A stretch of DNA of 63,187 nt, filler included, from Lenisia limosa (Eukaryota; Protista; Breviatea), in NCBI GenBank assembly GCA_001655205.1. It is 14 parts of 14 records of this genome, joined end to end, with 100 filler letters (N's around TTAATTAATTAA, not from the genome) between each part and the next. Parts side by side here need not be neighbours in the genome. Positions count along the whole stretch, not along the records: positions 50,283 to 51,540 come from LPNZ01000976.1; positions 51,641 to 63,187 come from LPNZ01008683.1; 12 more parts are not named here. One strand, 5' to 3'. Position 1 is the first letter of the stretch; each line of letters opens with the position of its first letter. The position numbers were made by a program, and so were the translations under genes. Below, in pieces: positions 50,283 through 63,152 of this stretch. The notes beneath the pieces are model-generated. The model saw only the letters and a program-made list of their open reading frames with translations, had not been told where the DNA came from and did not search any database.

Positions 50283-51367
50283 GTGCAGAGTATCTTTATC
50301 AGTGAGGGGATGGGGTGTAAAGAAGTAAACCTCGATGAAGAATAGAATAATCTGAAACTCAAACAACCTAACTGTTCAGATGAGCCTCTGCAGATCGTGT
50401 TTGCCATGGTGATTTCAGCGGTCCTTGGCGATGTTATGGGACAAATCGCGCAAGGTTTCAATATTTAATCCCAGAGTTTGTAGCAGTTTTGACAGGTTTT
50501 TATTTGTTTTGATGGTGTTTTGAATAGTTTATGTTCCCTCAAGTTCAACTCCAATTAGTGATTGATTTCTGACACAATACTATTCGTGTTATTGTTGCAA
50601 AATCTTTATAATGACAATATGACAACTCAGTGATGTATAATTCTATAATTCAAGTTGAATGAATTCATTCACATCACATCCTCACGCGTTTTTGTGTATG
50701 GGGTAAAAGTGGGAGGTAACTAGCAGAAATTAACAATGTGACTGGTGTTGAAAATATCGGTGAAACTGGCTGGAGATGGAAGGACGAGGAATCCAAAAGG
50801 TGGAAATATAATATATTACATGTTATAGTTTTTACATGATGTATTAATACTATGATAGAATCCAAATCAATTAAAATCATATCAGCTTGATGATCCCACT
50901 CCTCTCATGGCACGTTTAGAACAAGGTGGAAAATCATCTTTTTTTGATTGCAGCCCAATCATTCTAAATATCAAATAGTTCCAGAATCTGAGAATCAAAT
51001 GAGAGAATTTTTCAGAAAATGCGTCACTATTTGAGGGACCGCGTTACCCCAGTAATGTTTTACCTTAATCGTTTCTCTTCCCCAATCTTGTAATCGCTAA
51101 ATTAAGCCTCTATATTAAGAGTAGTATATACATTGATCTTATATTATTAGCAATTAGCTGGATTCCCTGGTGATAAGCCTCCCATCGCGATTCCTGGGCC
51201 CCTTGCTCCACTGAGCCGGTGAAGCCTCTGCCCACACCATTCAACATGGCCTCTGGTCATGAATTGATCAATCAGGCGACATGCGACCTCCTTTCGAGCT
51301 CTCTCGTGCCTTTTCAGGAACTTCCTCCTTTTGCTGATCATGATTACGATGCTCTAGAACCTTCATG
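50283..51367 (+). CDS. Hypothetical protein fragment, possibly with a membrane segment
   Basis: Candidate exons: DEPLQIVFAMVISAVLGDVMGQIAQ (~50380-50454), AEINNVTGVENIGETGWRW (~50724-50790) and ATCDLLSSSLVPFQELPPFADHDYDALEPS (~51276-51367). Strand is not certain. Confidence 0.35.
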
Positions 51368-52189
51368 GTAGGACGTGTGGATGATAGAAGGGAAGGGTTG
51401 TGGAGTGTGGAACGGGCTGATTGAATTGTTGTTGGAATAGTTATTTATATTTAATCAGTTTCCAAATAACGGAATTCTCAACCCCAAAACCATCATGTCA
51501 TCAGAGAATCAAACTAATGTCGGTGACCTTCCAAAGGACCNNNNNNNNNNNNNNNNNNNNNNNNNNNNNNNNNNNNNNNNNNNNTTAATTAATTAANNNN
51601 NNNNNNNNNNNNNNNNNNNNNNNNNNNNNNNNNNNNNNNNATAGATTATACATACTACTATATCTAAATATATACTATACATATATTTATATGAAATAGA
51701 AATTAAATGTATATATTATATCATATATGCTATATAATGTACTTTATCCTCCTAATGACAACAGTTCTTGAGTCCCGTTTTGAAAGATAGAAGGATCTCA
51801 CAATGTCAATATTATTGAGGAATCTGTCTCATGCCACCCCCNNNNNNNNNNNNNNNNNNNNNNNNNNNNNNNNNNNNNNNNNNNNNNNNNNNNNNNNNNN
51901 NNNNNNNNNGGAGTGATGTGCTTGTCTATGGCATTTTGAAGCGCATGGGTCAATGATTTCACGTGTTTGCCGCTAGGGTGTTAATGATGGGTCAATGATT
52001 TCAATGATACGGTTGTTTAGGGCTTTTTTATGGCATCACCACCAAGGATTAATCAAGAAGGGTTGGGAATCTACTATACCAATAATTAATTTTAGACATC
52101 AGCAATCAAAACCATTATATTTCAAAAGGATACACGAACGTACCTATGAAGCATGTCAGAAAGTGTACATATTTTTTTGAAGATTTTGT

Positions 52190-55100
52190 GGGCAAATGCG
52201 ACCTCATCAGGACTACATTCCAGCAGGTTTGGGTCCAAAAGTTCCGCCGACTGAAAATAATGTCGGAGATATATGGGATATATAATCATAGAAGGTACTC
52301 TGAGCCTGTGATTACATACAGCGGATTTGGTCATTTGCTGCACTTCGTCGTCCATTCCTGACAGCAGACATTCAATCTAATAGGGGAAGTTAATTGAGAT
52401 ACATACATATATATTAATACAGTACAATTAAACAGAACACTCCCAACAAATAAACTAGTATTTTGTTTTGATAAAACCTCACTTTTACAAATCTTACCTC
52501 ATCAACCCCACTTGCGCATAACATACCTTCATAATGACTCTATCATGTACGCCATGCAACATCTCGTGGATTTCATGAAGCTGACATAATCAGTTACACG
52601 ACAATAAGTTCAATAAATATCCATTAATATCACTAGTCATTTGCATACTCGCTAATCAATACTGGTCTTTGTTCCCTTCTCTCACCTCTTCTTTCTGGTC
52701 TTTCAACATCACAACCCCATCTTCTCCCGTCGTTGCTAAGCTTCCTAATACGGGTCAGTTCATCTGAATAAAATCATCATGGTGCTAATAAAAGTGCAAT
52801 GAGAAACAAAAGATTTTGGTTTAATATGATTATTACTTTCCCAATGCAGTCTACAAATATTAGAGTCTGATTTTGCTCAGTGCTCCTCGCGTACCGTCTT
52901 GTAATCCGTATAGAATGGCTAGTCTTGGCATAACAATGTAGAGGTCTGGGTCGAGGTCCTCAATCTGCTCATTGGAAATGAGGCGTGAGGGCCGTGGAGA
53001 CCTGTCAGAGTAAAACATTGTTCTGAAGAAAGTAATTTCAAATGGAGGAAATTGAAAATATGTGCAGTAGCCACTGTCGTAAAATGTAACCCTGTGAGTC
53101 TTAAGATGATGCCCTTAGTCGTAAATTGTTCGTAAATTGATGTCTCAGTCGTAATTTTTTTTTCTCACTAGTCTGTACTTCACAGTCTTGACAATGAGGA
53201 TGTGCAGACTATAAGAGAGAGGAGGGTCCATAACAGCTTGTAAATTGAATACAAAACAAAGTCCTAATTCGCTCAAAATTTCAATAACCTATTGGGTTTC
53301 TTTGGATGTCCATTCCAAAACACTAAAGTGATTCCCACCTGGGGGAACGAGGGACCTCATCTGTCGCAGAACGTAAGACCTACATTGTCACTCGTGTTTG
53401 AGACGCCCGTTTTCTATGTTCACCACTTTAAACATAGTTAGGAGCTTATTATTCAGCCATTTACCAATATTTAGCAAATTCATCATTTAATTATCAATAA
53501 ATCACAATATTCCATATTAAAAAAGCACATATAAATAGAATACCTTTGACATGAGTTTTGTAGTTTGACCCTCGGGGCCATCAAGCTGAACAACCTTCTC
53601 AGGCCCTATTCAAATGACTTAGGAAAATAAGGATGAATCTCCATCATGATATTTTCTATTTAAAAATTGAGCCCTGTGTAGAGAGCAGAATATGTGCAAA
53701 ATAAGAAATAAAACAAGAAAGTATCGCATTGTCGACAGTGTATGAACTACGCCGACCGCTTTATCACATTAGTCATACCCACTATATATCAACCCACCCA
53801 AAATCAGGAGTATGCAACCCCATTCACTAACCGCCAATTAAAGCCGTGACAAAAGGCCGCTCAAATCCACACCAGCTGCGGTCAAATTCAAGCATCGCCA
53901 ATTTGACCTGACGGGTCAAAAGGTGCGAAATACTCTTTCCTTGACATGGTTTTAAAATTAGCTTGCGGAAATGCAAATCTGATCTAGTAAACAGATATAA
54001 TTCATTCAAAAAAAATGCGGTTCCAAGCTGAAGCTTTACCTCCTTGAAGATTTCTCTGAGGGCCTCAACTTCTCCCCTATCTTGGTTGACTTGTTCACAG
54101 GAGTGATAAGCAGTCAGGCATGACCGGAGTCTAAATTGTAAGCAAAGACTCAACAAAATTAAAAGTTAAAATAAATTATATACTATATGATATGATATAT
54201 TTATATTTTGATATACATATGATATGATATAGCTACTATATATGATATGTGTTTTATCATATCTGTTGTATAATCATTCTCCAGTACTTTCACTCCTCTT
54301 AAGTGTCCATCAATGATAGAAAACAATAAAAGCAAAATGGAGAAGATTGACCAAAGATGATAAGTAGGGCGTCACTTTGGTTCGAAAAAAGACTGAATTT
54401 CTCGAAGAATCCTCGAAAACTATCGATAATTTACCGGTCTTTTTCGAACCAAAGTGAAGCCCTAATGATACGTACCTTGCAAAAGCGTTGTGTAGATCAC
54501 TTGCATAGGGTAAAACACTAGCAAAGAGGGGTGGTGGAGCCTTGATAGAATTAGTGACACCATTCTTAAAATTTTCATGGAATACTTCACGAGATAAAGA
54601 TAATATACACATATATATATTCAATGATGTGTACATCAATCACATGTAGATTTTAGTTTATCGTGGTCAAGATGCAAAAAATTAAAATATAATTATGATT
54701 GATTATTTATTACATATCGACATAATATTGTCAGTTCAACTAATAATTGATTTTCAAAAATTATGAAAAATATGAAATGAGAGTCTGAAATGTTCCACTT
54801 CAAAATTATAAATTAATTATCAATAAATTGAAGCTAGTCCTACATATTGAATCCTACATTGGGGTTGGCAAACTGAGCCAGTCGTTCTGCTCCATATAAA
54901 ACTGACTCCAAAAGCTGAAAATGTGATTTTCTTTTTGTAAGCATGATATTACCCCCCCCCCAATCTTTGATGGCAATAATATAAAGGAATATATCAGTCT
55001 GAAGTGCACTAATTAAAGCCCACTCACTCCTTCAAGCTCGACTTGGGTATCCATTGGGAATGCGTCCCTGTAACTGGTTGACATGCGTGGAAGATCCCAC

Positions 55101-56415
55101 AGCTGATAATGGTCGTAGATGATTGTCAAGAGCTCCTATTTAATTTATTAGATCATGCGCAGTCTATGCATTATCTATTTGACTAATTCTTTGGTAGAAA
55201 CTAATTCTACATCCGTTTGATGCAGATTCAAAAGGGACCTTCAGTCACAAACCTGACGCAGAGTACGGTACTGGTCCATGATGATTTCAAACGAGTGGTT
55301 TCCGCGGGTCAGACCATGGAGCTAAATGAGAAGTCTTTTTTTTGCTTCAAAGATTTTTACACATTATATGTGTGAATTTGTATTCAAAATCAAATGACAA
55401 ATGATCTGATTGGTGCGATCAATATCAAAGTACCGTGCAGAATGGAAAAGTGTAGGTTATTTGTTTCAATATTAAAGGATTACAAGAACAAACTTTGAGT
55501 TCAATTCGAGCAAGATGCCTTTCAGTTGTTTTGTATCTGCGAATGGTTACTCAGAGCTGACAATAATCAAAAAGTTTTGACAAATATCTTAGGATTGAGT
55601 ATAAAAGGGAGTCATGAAATTATATACTAAATGAAAGAGATGCAAATTACTCAGAGTATACATATGAAAGCAAAGGATCTGCAGATCAAGGAATATCATA
55701 TAAATTATATACGAAGCACACGAACATTCAATTTGGAATTTCCAACCCATAGACGAAATGGGAAACGCAAGCTGTGCTGATTATTCTTTGATTTATCCAA
55801 GGTATTTATTGTATTTCCTTGCTCTCAAAAGAGTCAGGCACAATTGGCAGCAAACCTTGCGACAAGAATGCCCTCGGGGGTGTCATCAGAAATATTCATT
55901 GGGGAGCTGGTTCGGATCAAAGAAGGAGACTCCCTATAAACGATTATGAATTACAAATTATAACTATCAAACAAGATTGTTTCCTGTAGGAGTTGGTGCA
56001 TATTATAATTCTCTATCACCAATACTACTATAATATCTGGCCCCATTTATAGATACAATGTGCAAAGTTGTTACCACTTTTATTGATAGATACAAGTCAG
56101 CAATCATCTTCTCAATATCTTGGCATACATAGTTTCGACCTCCATTGATGGTGATGATGAGCGCCTGCCAAAACGAAGTCTGAAGAGTGAATAATTGTCA
56201 TTCTTAGTTCTAACCTTGTTGTAAACTACGATATGTTTCAAAAACATGATAATATACTATTTCTCTGATTACGACCTTTTATTAGTCTTAGCAACCTCCC
56301 ATACATTCTTATCTGGATATTCTCCGTTAAATTTAGGATTTTCTTATAATCACCGACCGAGATGAAAGGAAAGCACCTAAACGGGCCATCCGAATAACAG
56401 CGTGCCACCTGCAAC
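52190..56415 (-). CDS. Large multi-exon hypothetical protein; ends uncertain
   Basis: Consistent minus-strand exon chain, for example LHGLTRGNHSFEIIMDQYRTLRQ, LLESVLYGAERLAQFANPN|NGVTNSIKAPPPLFASVLPYASDLHNAFAR|LRSCLTAYHSCEQVNQDRGEVEALREIFKE|VKLAMLEFDRSWCGFERPFVTALIG, LHEIHEMLHGVHDRVIMK and SAELLDPNLLECSPDE. Confidence 0.65.
54367..54462. mobile_element. MITE family A, ~95-100 bp: TA-GGGCTTCACTT(C/T)GGTTCGAAAAAAGAC...GTCTTTTTTCGAACC(G/A)AAGTGAAGCCC-TA
   Basis: Clean copies at 54367-54462 and 43745-43845. Degenerate or partial copies at about 17520, 19525, 19795, 24178, 34569, 36075, 36544, 37027, 40650, 41174, 41500, 41712, 42110, 42870, 43127, 43220, 44510, 48140, 48512, 60848 and 62895. TIRs are ~27 bp and the core is ataaatcctcgaaaactatcgatatttt. 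Confidence 0.93.
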
Positions 56416-57151
56416 GTAAATACTTGGCTTTAATGGCTGATCAGTTGAGAAATTTCATGTGTTTTCTTTGATTATAGAACGAAACACTGTGATAAAATGT
56501 AGGGAAGCCACAAAAAGCAAAGAATTGGGTATGTCAACTGCAACCTATCAATATATGAAAAAGCTAAGAGAAAAGAGCTGCTTTAGGCCTACTTTCAGAT
56601 TCAGAGAGGTTTATGACAGAACAGGGAGAATAGGGGGATAAGAAATAAATAGATGAAACAATGATGCAGATAATAACACTATAAAACGTGAAGCCCTATG
56701 ATGACAGCAGAAATTGAAAGGCCACGAACAAATAAAATGAAGAAGCCCAACCTACCATATTTAGCAAGTCACGAGGCCACATAGATCCCAGAGATCCAGA
56801 TTCTGTTTAGGGTGAGGAGAAGGCGAAGTGACACCAGGACAACCATTAAATACACCCTATAAGAAATGTGAATGATCTGAAAAGTGAATCAATTTTCTCA
56901 GCGGGAGGTGGAGGGGGTGAATAGCCCCGAGGGACTGGTAAAACAATTTTCCAATCTGATTCTATACATCTTCGCGACGTAGAGGGCTTGCAGCTTGCAG
57001 CAGCAAGGGATAAAGAAGGGTATAGATTTGTTTGAACTAGTGTGCTTTTATATGTGGAAAAACCGATTCAAAGCCTCTTCTGATCCTAATACTTGAATAT
57101 TTAGTCACAAATACAAATACATTGGCATTTAGATAAATACTTTAAGACAGA

Positions 57152-60100
57152 ATGTCTTCAAGGAAGAGATCTCCTGAAGAAATGCAACGTGCTGAGGCTA
57201 AACGCCCCAAGGCAGACATTTTAAGTGATTCTGATGATGATGCACCAATGATCGAGTCTTCAGCCTGGAGATCAAAGCAAGGAAAGCTGAGGAAGGCCGT
57301 TGACCGTGTGTGTCCTTTCCTCGATACCGTTGACCGTCGCTCACTCGATTTTGATTTCGCTAAAGTGTGTTCTGTCTCCCTTTCCGATCAGCATGTTTAC
57401 GCTTGCCTTGTGTGCGGTAACTATTTCCAAGGTGAGGAGGATATTTTTTTTTGTTTCATTGTTTGTGTTTGTTTCCTTTCTGTTGTTCGCTCTGATAAAA
57501 AAAAAAATCCCGCTGTAATTGGGAGGTAGTACGTTTTATTCAGTAAAGTTTCTTTTTTCCCGAATACTTTGCATTCCTTCTTTGTGTTGGGGACACCAGC
57601 ACAGTATCTATGTTTATGAATTGCAGGAAGAGGTCCCGGCACCCATGCGGCTTTCCATGCTCTCGAGGCTGGACATCATGTCTTCATCAACATGAAAACA
57701 AAAGATGTAGGGGTTGTAACGAAGTGTGATTCAGTGATTTGGGATAAGCCGTTTAACGTTTTAGATCTACTGTCTTCCTGACAACTACAAAGTAACAGAT
57801 AGGTCTCTTGACGACATCAAAGTACGGGGATTTGCGAAATTAGTGCCCTATTCCAACTAGCGGATTTCTAACTCTTCAGTACATGGTTGACCCGACCTAC
57901 GAACCTGACGAAGTTTGCTGTCTGGATCAAACCGAATCCTCCAAGGTTGGTCAAGAAACATACAAATCGATATATACAGTAATTGGGAAAAGTCTAACCG
58001 ATTTGCTATGCGATTTTCAAGAAAATTGGTCAAGACTTTTCCCAGTCACTGTATATATCATATCGATATACATATGTACATTCATCAAAAAAAAAATTCT
58101 TGAGATACAAAAGAAACTGGTACATCATAAAACAATTCCCTCATTGTGTACGATATTCTGTTTTTTGGCAGATTTCACTGTTTCAGGTTGCAAATGATGG
58201 ACGTGACTACTACCCTGGCTATGTGAGGGGGGATAAAGGCGCACTTTAGTAGAACTGAGAAATATAACAAAAGTTGAGAATCATTCTGATGCAGGAATTA
58301 AGACATATTGATAAGGGGGTACCATAAACTAACATCACACAGAGAGCATTTAATGTCTCCACGCTGCCTTCTTGCGATTATGCCTGTTCTGTGCTTCAGA
58401 TGTTGTGCCACGTACCTGACCTTCGTGACTTCTTCCTCAACAAAGAAAACTACTCACATGTAGGACAGGGTGTCCGTCAAGTATTGAGTGTTACTCTGAG
58501 GAATTATCCCGAAGGGTCGTTTTAATACTTGCACAATTTTTTTCAATATTTTTTTTTTTGCAAAATCAAAACCAGACTAGCTGTAATCTGTAATGCAAAA
58601 CTTGACTCCATCAATAGAGCATGACGGTAGATTTGAACAGTGTTTTGCTTTATCGTTATGTTATGGAACTCGTGTTGCTTACTGTTGTAGTGCCATGGAA
58701 CTCTTGTAGCATCTTTCGGAGAGCTAGTCAGAAAAGTAAGCATGTGGTATTGTTCAATTCTGTACACGTTACGCTTGTTACCCAAACTAAGGCATTTTGC
58801 AATAAATAGTATTTTATTTTTGGTATTTTGTACCTTGTTCTTATGATTGTTTTTAATCTGGTGGTATGTACGGCTTCGGCCAAATACTCCCTTTCTTATT
58901 TTTCATTTCTACCTACCCTAATGTGTCCAGATTTGGGCTCCCAGAGCGCTGAAATGCGCAGTGTCCCCGGATGAAATGCTCCAGGCTGTCAGCGCGGCCA
59001 GTCTCAAAAAGTATCGAGTGGGTCAGCAGAACGACCCAATTCCTTTCCTTGTCTGGCTTCTGAACAAGTGAGCTTGTGATGGGTGCAGCTAAACAAATTT
59101 TTGGTGATTCATCGAGCACTTCTTTCTGTAATGGAGCCAAAAGCCAAACTGTGTCGTATTTATGGGTCTACAGGCCAAAAGTAGAAAGGCAATAATCAAA
59201 AAAGCGAAAAAATTAATTCAAATTTCATTTAGTGTATGTTAACTGTCTAAATTGTCGTTGTGGGAGTCCCTTTTTGATCTAAATCAAAGCCCCACTAACC
59301 ATCAGCATGCATCGTGAGCTCGGAGGCTCGAGCAAGAAGAAGACCATCATCACTGAGGTATGTTAGCTGGGGGTTAAGGTATTTTTAATCAAGGCTCTAT
59401 ATTTGGAACCCACACAGAGGTTTCGTTTTTTTTATTTCTTTTTTATTTTATGTAATCATTGCAGACTTTCCAAGGAGAGCTTGAATGTACCACAACGGTC
59501 AGGGCTGATGTTGAGGATTTCGGTGAGTTGGCAGGACTTCTTCTCCCCCCCTCCTTCTTCTTCCGCTCTCCTTCTTCTTCCCCTCTTCATGAGCTCGTTT
59601 TTTTAAGCCCTCACACCAAATAAACACACCGTTCTTCTTTAGTCTACCTTTGAGGGTTAAACCTGACATTTGTCGTTATTTATACAATATTCTATGATTA
59701 ATTCTCTAGACGGAAATACAAAGAAGCAGGCTGTGACATCGGCAAAGAAGAACAAGTTCCTGTTTGCGGGGTGTCAGACTGGCGAAAAGCAGCTCCAATG
59801 AATAATTTCATTAGATTATACAATAGCATACAAAACAAAAGGCTAAACGATTTGGGTACCGTCAGTCTATTTCGGGGGTGCTAAAGCGAAGCCAAGTTGA
59901 GCTCAGCTTTAACACATTATACTCGCACCACGTTTATTTTGCTCCAAATTGTTACCTTATTTCCCAGGGTTCTTGGTGTCGATATCCCCCCTCCCCCTCT
60001 TTTCAAAGACTCTATTGAGGGTTCTATTCTTCCCCAGGTGGGTTCCTGCTTTAGTACCTTGTTGGCCCAATGTTGTTGTTTTACTATTGTATTATCTTAC

Positions 60101-62093
60101 TGCTTTCTCAGCATTCAGTGTGTTCAGATCTTCATCTTTCACCATTTAGATTCCCCTCCCCGTTATCCTCTCCAAATATGACGGCAAAACCGAACATGTA
60201 GGCTTCGATTGAGACTCATATGATATTGATAACTAACCCAGGAAAGAATATGAGTTACTTGGGGGTCGAGGAGGGCTGGGTGTGAAAAGGGAGAATATAA
60301 CAATTACCCCCCCCCCCCNNNNNNNNNNNNNNNNNNNNNNNNNNNNNNNNNNNNNNNNNNNNNNNNNNNNNNNNNNNNNNNNNNNNNNNNNNNNNNNNNN
60401 NNNNNNNNNNNNNNNNNNNNNNNNNNNNNNNNNNNNNNNNNNNNNNNNNNNNNNNNNNNCATTCGCAAATACCAACTCACAAAACTCCCCAAATTCCTTC
60501 TTCTCCACCTCAAGGTGGGTACAATCTTTTATAGTCCATTTCCGCCTTTTTTTGGATTCACTCTTTGAAAAAAAAATTATGTTTCAATCGCTTTCCTTAA
60601 CTCACTCTCCAGCGCTTCACCAAAAACACCTTCGATATGGACAAAAACCCTACTATTGTGACCTTCACGGTGACCAATCTTGAAATGAAAGACTGTACGT
60701 GGGGCTAAACCCATCACAAATCTCAAGTCATTGGTGAAAATGAGAGACTGGCTGTCTTTGGTTTTACTTTTCTTGAACAATGATACTGTTGTACTCTTTG
60801 AATGTTTTATTTAGGTTTTAATATGATGTTATACATATCATATATTGGGCTTCCCTTCGGTCCCAAAAAACTGAAGTTCTCGACAAGACGCAGGGAAGCC
60901 CTAATAATATATAATAAGCGCAAATATACTCTTTCCTTTTCTCATTTGCACCTGGTTGGTTTTATATCTGTTATAGTATTGAAGGACGGCGACAAGGTCA
61001 AGGTCTCAAGGTATCATTGCCTCTCGAGTATCGCTCACGTCGGCAAGGGCGTGCCGGAAGAAGGCACTTACAAGACCCATATCAAGCACCAAGTGAGCAG
61101 CGGAGCATGGGTGCTTGCTTACACAAGGGGCTACCCATCTTATGATTGTGGAATAGTTAAGATACCATCAAAACGTTCCTTCACTGGGTTTGGCACCATA
61201 GTGGGTTCTGTAATATTATTTGAATATAGCAATGTTGCAAGTCATTTACTCTTTTATGTTTTCGATGTTGGCTCTTTCTTTGCCTTAGCTTTCTTTTCTT
61301 TTTGGTAACAAAGACCGAATTTCTCTAAATTTTCTNNNNNNNNNNNNNNNNNNNNNNNNNNNNNNNNNNNNNNNNNNNNNNNNNNNNNNNNNNNNNNNNN
61401 NNNNNNNNNNNNNNNNNNNNNNNNNNNNNNNNNNNNNNNNNNNNNNNNNNNNNNNNNNNNNNNNNNNNNNNNNNNNNNNNNNNNNNNNNNNNNNNNNNNN
61501 NNNNNNNNNNNNNNNNNNNNNNNNNNNNNNNNNNNNNNNNNNNNNNNNNNNNNNNNNNNNNNNNNNNNNNNNNNNNNNNNNNNNNNTGGTTTGAGCTTGA
61601 GGACCAGTACATCCAGGAGATCCTGCCGGAAGTGGTATGCCTTTCGCATTATTTTACCCTGATGGGATGCGGTGCAGAAGCGACTGGCATGGGCTTTGTT
61701 TGTTTTTAAACCCTTGTGTGCTCAGCCAATAGAGTTGATTTGGCTTTTTTTTTTGTTTCATAGTATTCCAATTTTCTTCCCCCCCCCCCCNNNNNNNNNN
61801 NNNNNNNNNNNNNNNNNNNNNNNNNNNNNNNNNNNNNNNNNNNNNNNNNNNNNNNNNNNNNNNNNNNNNNNNNNNNNNNNNNNNNNNNNNNNNNNNNNNN
61901 NNNNNNNNNNNNNNGTCATCTGGCTTTTGTCAAGTTTTAGCTTTGGTTGCTCATGTTTGTTATTGCAAAAAACGACAATGAATGGTTGAAAAGCCATATT
62001 TTAAAAAGTTCATTGTTGTACCAATTACCCCATTGCCTCACCCTCCAGGTGGCGCTTTCGGAAGCCTATGTCCAGTGTTATCAGTTGTCGTAA
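57152..62093 (+). CDS. USP39: U4/U6.U5 tri-snRNP-associated protein 2 (USP39/Sad1), complete apart from gaps
   Basis: Exons read CPFLDTVDRRSLDFDFAKVCSVSLSDQHVYACLVCGNYFQG|RGPGTHAAFHALEAGHHVFINM, IYCLPDNY, SFGELVRK|IWAPRALKCAVSPDEMLQAV, LPPPPLFKD-like DIPPPPLFKD, RFTKNTFDMDKNPTIVTF, WFELEDQYIQEILPEV|VALSEAYVQCYQLS* (TAA at 62091-62093). Confidence 0.96.
61915..61970 (+). repeat. Repeat family D: GTCATCTGGCTTTT..CAAGTTTTAGC.TTGGTTGCTCATGTTTGTTATTGC...GGAGTTTCAG; often follows family B
   Basis: Copies at 3303-3383, 21050-21105(-), 46592-46625 and 61915-61970. Confidence 0.75.
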
Positions 62094-62299
62094 TGTATTT
62101 TTCATCAGTGCAAATCCAAGAAGAGATCTGAGATCTATTTTTAAGTTCAGAATTTTTCCATTACCTTTCTTTTACGAGTTGGTGATTGTTGATATAGTGG
62201 AGTGAGTAGCTACTGAGTAATTATTAATTGATTGAGTAATGAATAGAGGAGCAGCAGTTGCGCTGAGAGGGCAAGCGTCGGCCGAATAACGGGCTGTTG

Positions 62300-63152
62300 A
62301 TGGAACAGTAGGGTCGCTCTTAGTGAAGATACATCCTTATTATTGCAGTGTCTGCTACTTTCATTGAAAGGGGAGTGCATTTCACGCGCACACTTTCCAT
62401 TTTCAATGGCTCCCAAGTAAGTAAGTCTCCTTCTCGTCTTCCCATCGTTATTATTTCCACTAAAAACATATATATTGACATTTTGCGACGAATATTTGCG
62501 AAATTCGTTAACGCTGTCAGATTTCTGCCGAAACCCTCCTGTTTTGTGTAGGAGCAACTCTCTTCCTCGTTGGCATTTCGCAGCTTGACCATAAGCCTAT
62601 TAGCTATACTATTCTTACAACATGTTTCTGCGTCACAGCACTCTTGACAAGGCATATTGCGAAGGTGAGCGGCAGGAAGCCAACCAAACCAATAAATAGT
62701 CCGCTGCTATTGGTTTTCCGTTTAGTGGTGTCATGAGGCTCGGGAGTTACTAATATCTGATCTCTGTTTCACTCGTGTCACTTTTGGGGTAAGATTATTG
62801 AAAATATGTTGAAATCTTGCATTTTTTTTGTTTCGTTTTTTGAAGAAAAAACCTGAATCTAACAAAAGGCGAATCTAACAATCACTGATATGACTGGAGG
62901 CTCACTTTAGAAAAGTCCTTGAAAATATTGAGATTTTATCCGGCTTTTTCGGGGGCTTAAGATGAAGCGCTTTAAACTTTTTTTCAAATTCAAAAATTGA
63001 GATTCCTCCTTTTGCTTGATGGTGTTCTTCCTCCTTTTGCTTCACATTCAGAGTTTATCTTTGGTGTTTTACGAGCCCCCCCCCCCAGCATGGCTTGTTC
63101 ATTTTGCCTTGGTATGGCAATGCACCTCTGATGAACGTCATCAAGCTGCCGG
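62300..63152 (+). CDS. Hypothetical protein, 3' partial at window end
   Basis: Candidate exons GATLFLVGISQLDHKPISYTILTTCFCVTALLTRHIAK|gtgagc (~62551-62664) and ccccag|HGLFILPWYGNAPLMNVIKLP|gtaaga (~63089-63151). Minus-strand ORFs overlap here, so the strand is not certain. Confidence 0.35.

Noticed and set aside
54367-54462. MITE families A and T as Introners
   Set aside because: Copies lie inside introns whose donors and acceptors are outside the element, and they are palindromic with no strand bias.
3244-61997. Numerous track ORFs containing runs of X
   Set aside because: They stay open only because N gaps hide stop codons, and most translate intronic repeats.
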